Shown piece after piece: positions 63,658 to 64,000 of a stretch of 64,000 nucleotides of DNA (its first letter is position 1; each line of letters begins with the position of its first letter). Origin of the DNA: Dehalococcoidia bacterium (GTDB lineage Bacteria; Chloroflexota; Dehalococcoidia; SM23-28-2; RBG-16-64-32); assembly GCA_035512435.1 (NCBI GenBank), contig DATKDX010000057.1, positions 46,829-110,828 of the forward strand. The letters are read 5' to 3'. The translations under genes and the position numbers were made by a program. The notes beneath the pieces were generated by a model. That model made no database searches, had not been told where the DNA came from, and was given only the letters and a program-made list of their open reading frames with translations.

Positions 63658-64000
63658 ATGCAAGAAATCCTCTCACCCACCGCCGGTCTGCCCTTTTACG
63701 AGCGGACCGTCCTCCCAAACGGCCTCCGCATCCTCACGTCATCGATGCCGCACACGCATTCGGTGACAGTCGCCGTCTACGTTGGCGCCGGATCTCGCTA
63801 CGAGCGGGACGGAGACGCAGGCGTCTCGCACTTCCTGGAGCACATGCTCTTTAAGGGCACGGAAAAGTGGCACACCGCCCGCGAAATCGCTGAAAAGGTA
63901 GATGGCGTCGGCGGCGTCATGAACGGCGCCACAGACCGCGAGTACACCCTGTACTACGTCAAGGTCGCGCGTCCGCATTTCGACATGGCCCTCGACGTCC
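63658..64000 (+). CDS. M16 family (insulinase-like) zinc peptidase, 3'-truncated by window end
   Basis: HFLEHMLFKGT inverted zinc-binding HxxEH motif; ORF open to end of window. Confidence 0.7.
   Translation, partial: MQEILSPTAGLPFYERTVLPNGLRILTSSMPHTHSVTVAVYVGAGSRYERDGDAGVSHFLEHMLFKGTEKWHTAREIAEKVDGVGGVMNGATDREYTLYYVKVARPHFDMALDV

Overview
High-GC (~65-68%) bacterial chromosomal segment, densely coding on both strands. No rRNA, tRNA, CRISPR array or obvious mobile element was found. The mix of a DnaD-domain protein plus a DnaC/DnaI-like loader, the rpsU-yqeY-7TMR-HD (PgpH-like) run, a bS22 gene, MMPL and LipJ-like cyclases suggests a Chloroflexota-like or deep actinobacterial-like Terrabacteria genome. 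This is inference only.

Main blocks, in order:
1. rplI (with a long acidic tail), dnaB, a DnaD-domain protein, and a DnaC/DnaI-like loader whose AAA+ module is duplicated in a single polypeptide.
2. A polyphosphate module: small ORF plus hairpin, ppk1, a CYTH-CHAD protein, and a MutT1-like Nudix/histidine-phosphatase.
3. A redox/oxidase cluster containing the first of five LipJ-like alpha/beta-hydrolase-adenylyl-cyclase fusion genes.
4. panE-like reductase, a disrupted RidA gene, and a divergent MarR-MMPL pair.
5. DUF2007-LonN, UbiB, an M23 remnant, and a secreted CAP+dockerin protein.
6. proA, a bS22 gene missing from the ORF track, and proB.
7. A MerR-linked lipid-like cluster: SDR and a thiolase-OB fusion.
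8. Two tandem desulforedoxin-like mini-ORFs, then rpsU, yqeY and a PgpH-like HD protein.
9. An LpqY/SugABC-like sugar ABC importer.
10. purQ, DUF4389 proteins (one frameshifted fragment) and purL.
11. A Zn-ribbon-TM-S33 hydrolase interrupted by an in-frame TGA, and a frameshifted P450.
12. A second cyclase paralog, a crotonase, a DASS transporter, tandem USP and a DinB-like protein.
13. Three translationally coupled cyclase paralogs ending in a clean terminator.
14. Two MBL-fold hydrolases flanking a tandem GNAT pair, then a partial M16 peptidase.

The most notable points are the five-fold expansion of cyclase fusion genes (three overlapped in tandem, most with an apparently degenerate hydrolase nucleophile), the covalently duplicated helicase-loader ATPase next to dnaB/dnaD, the desulforedoxin-like pair, and an unusual number of locally disrupted genes. 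The disrupted genes include two in-frame TGA codons at conserved Gly and Trp positions and two frameshifts.
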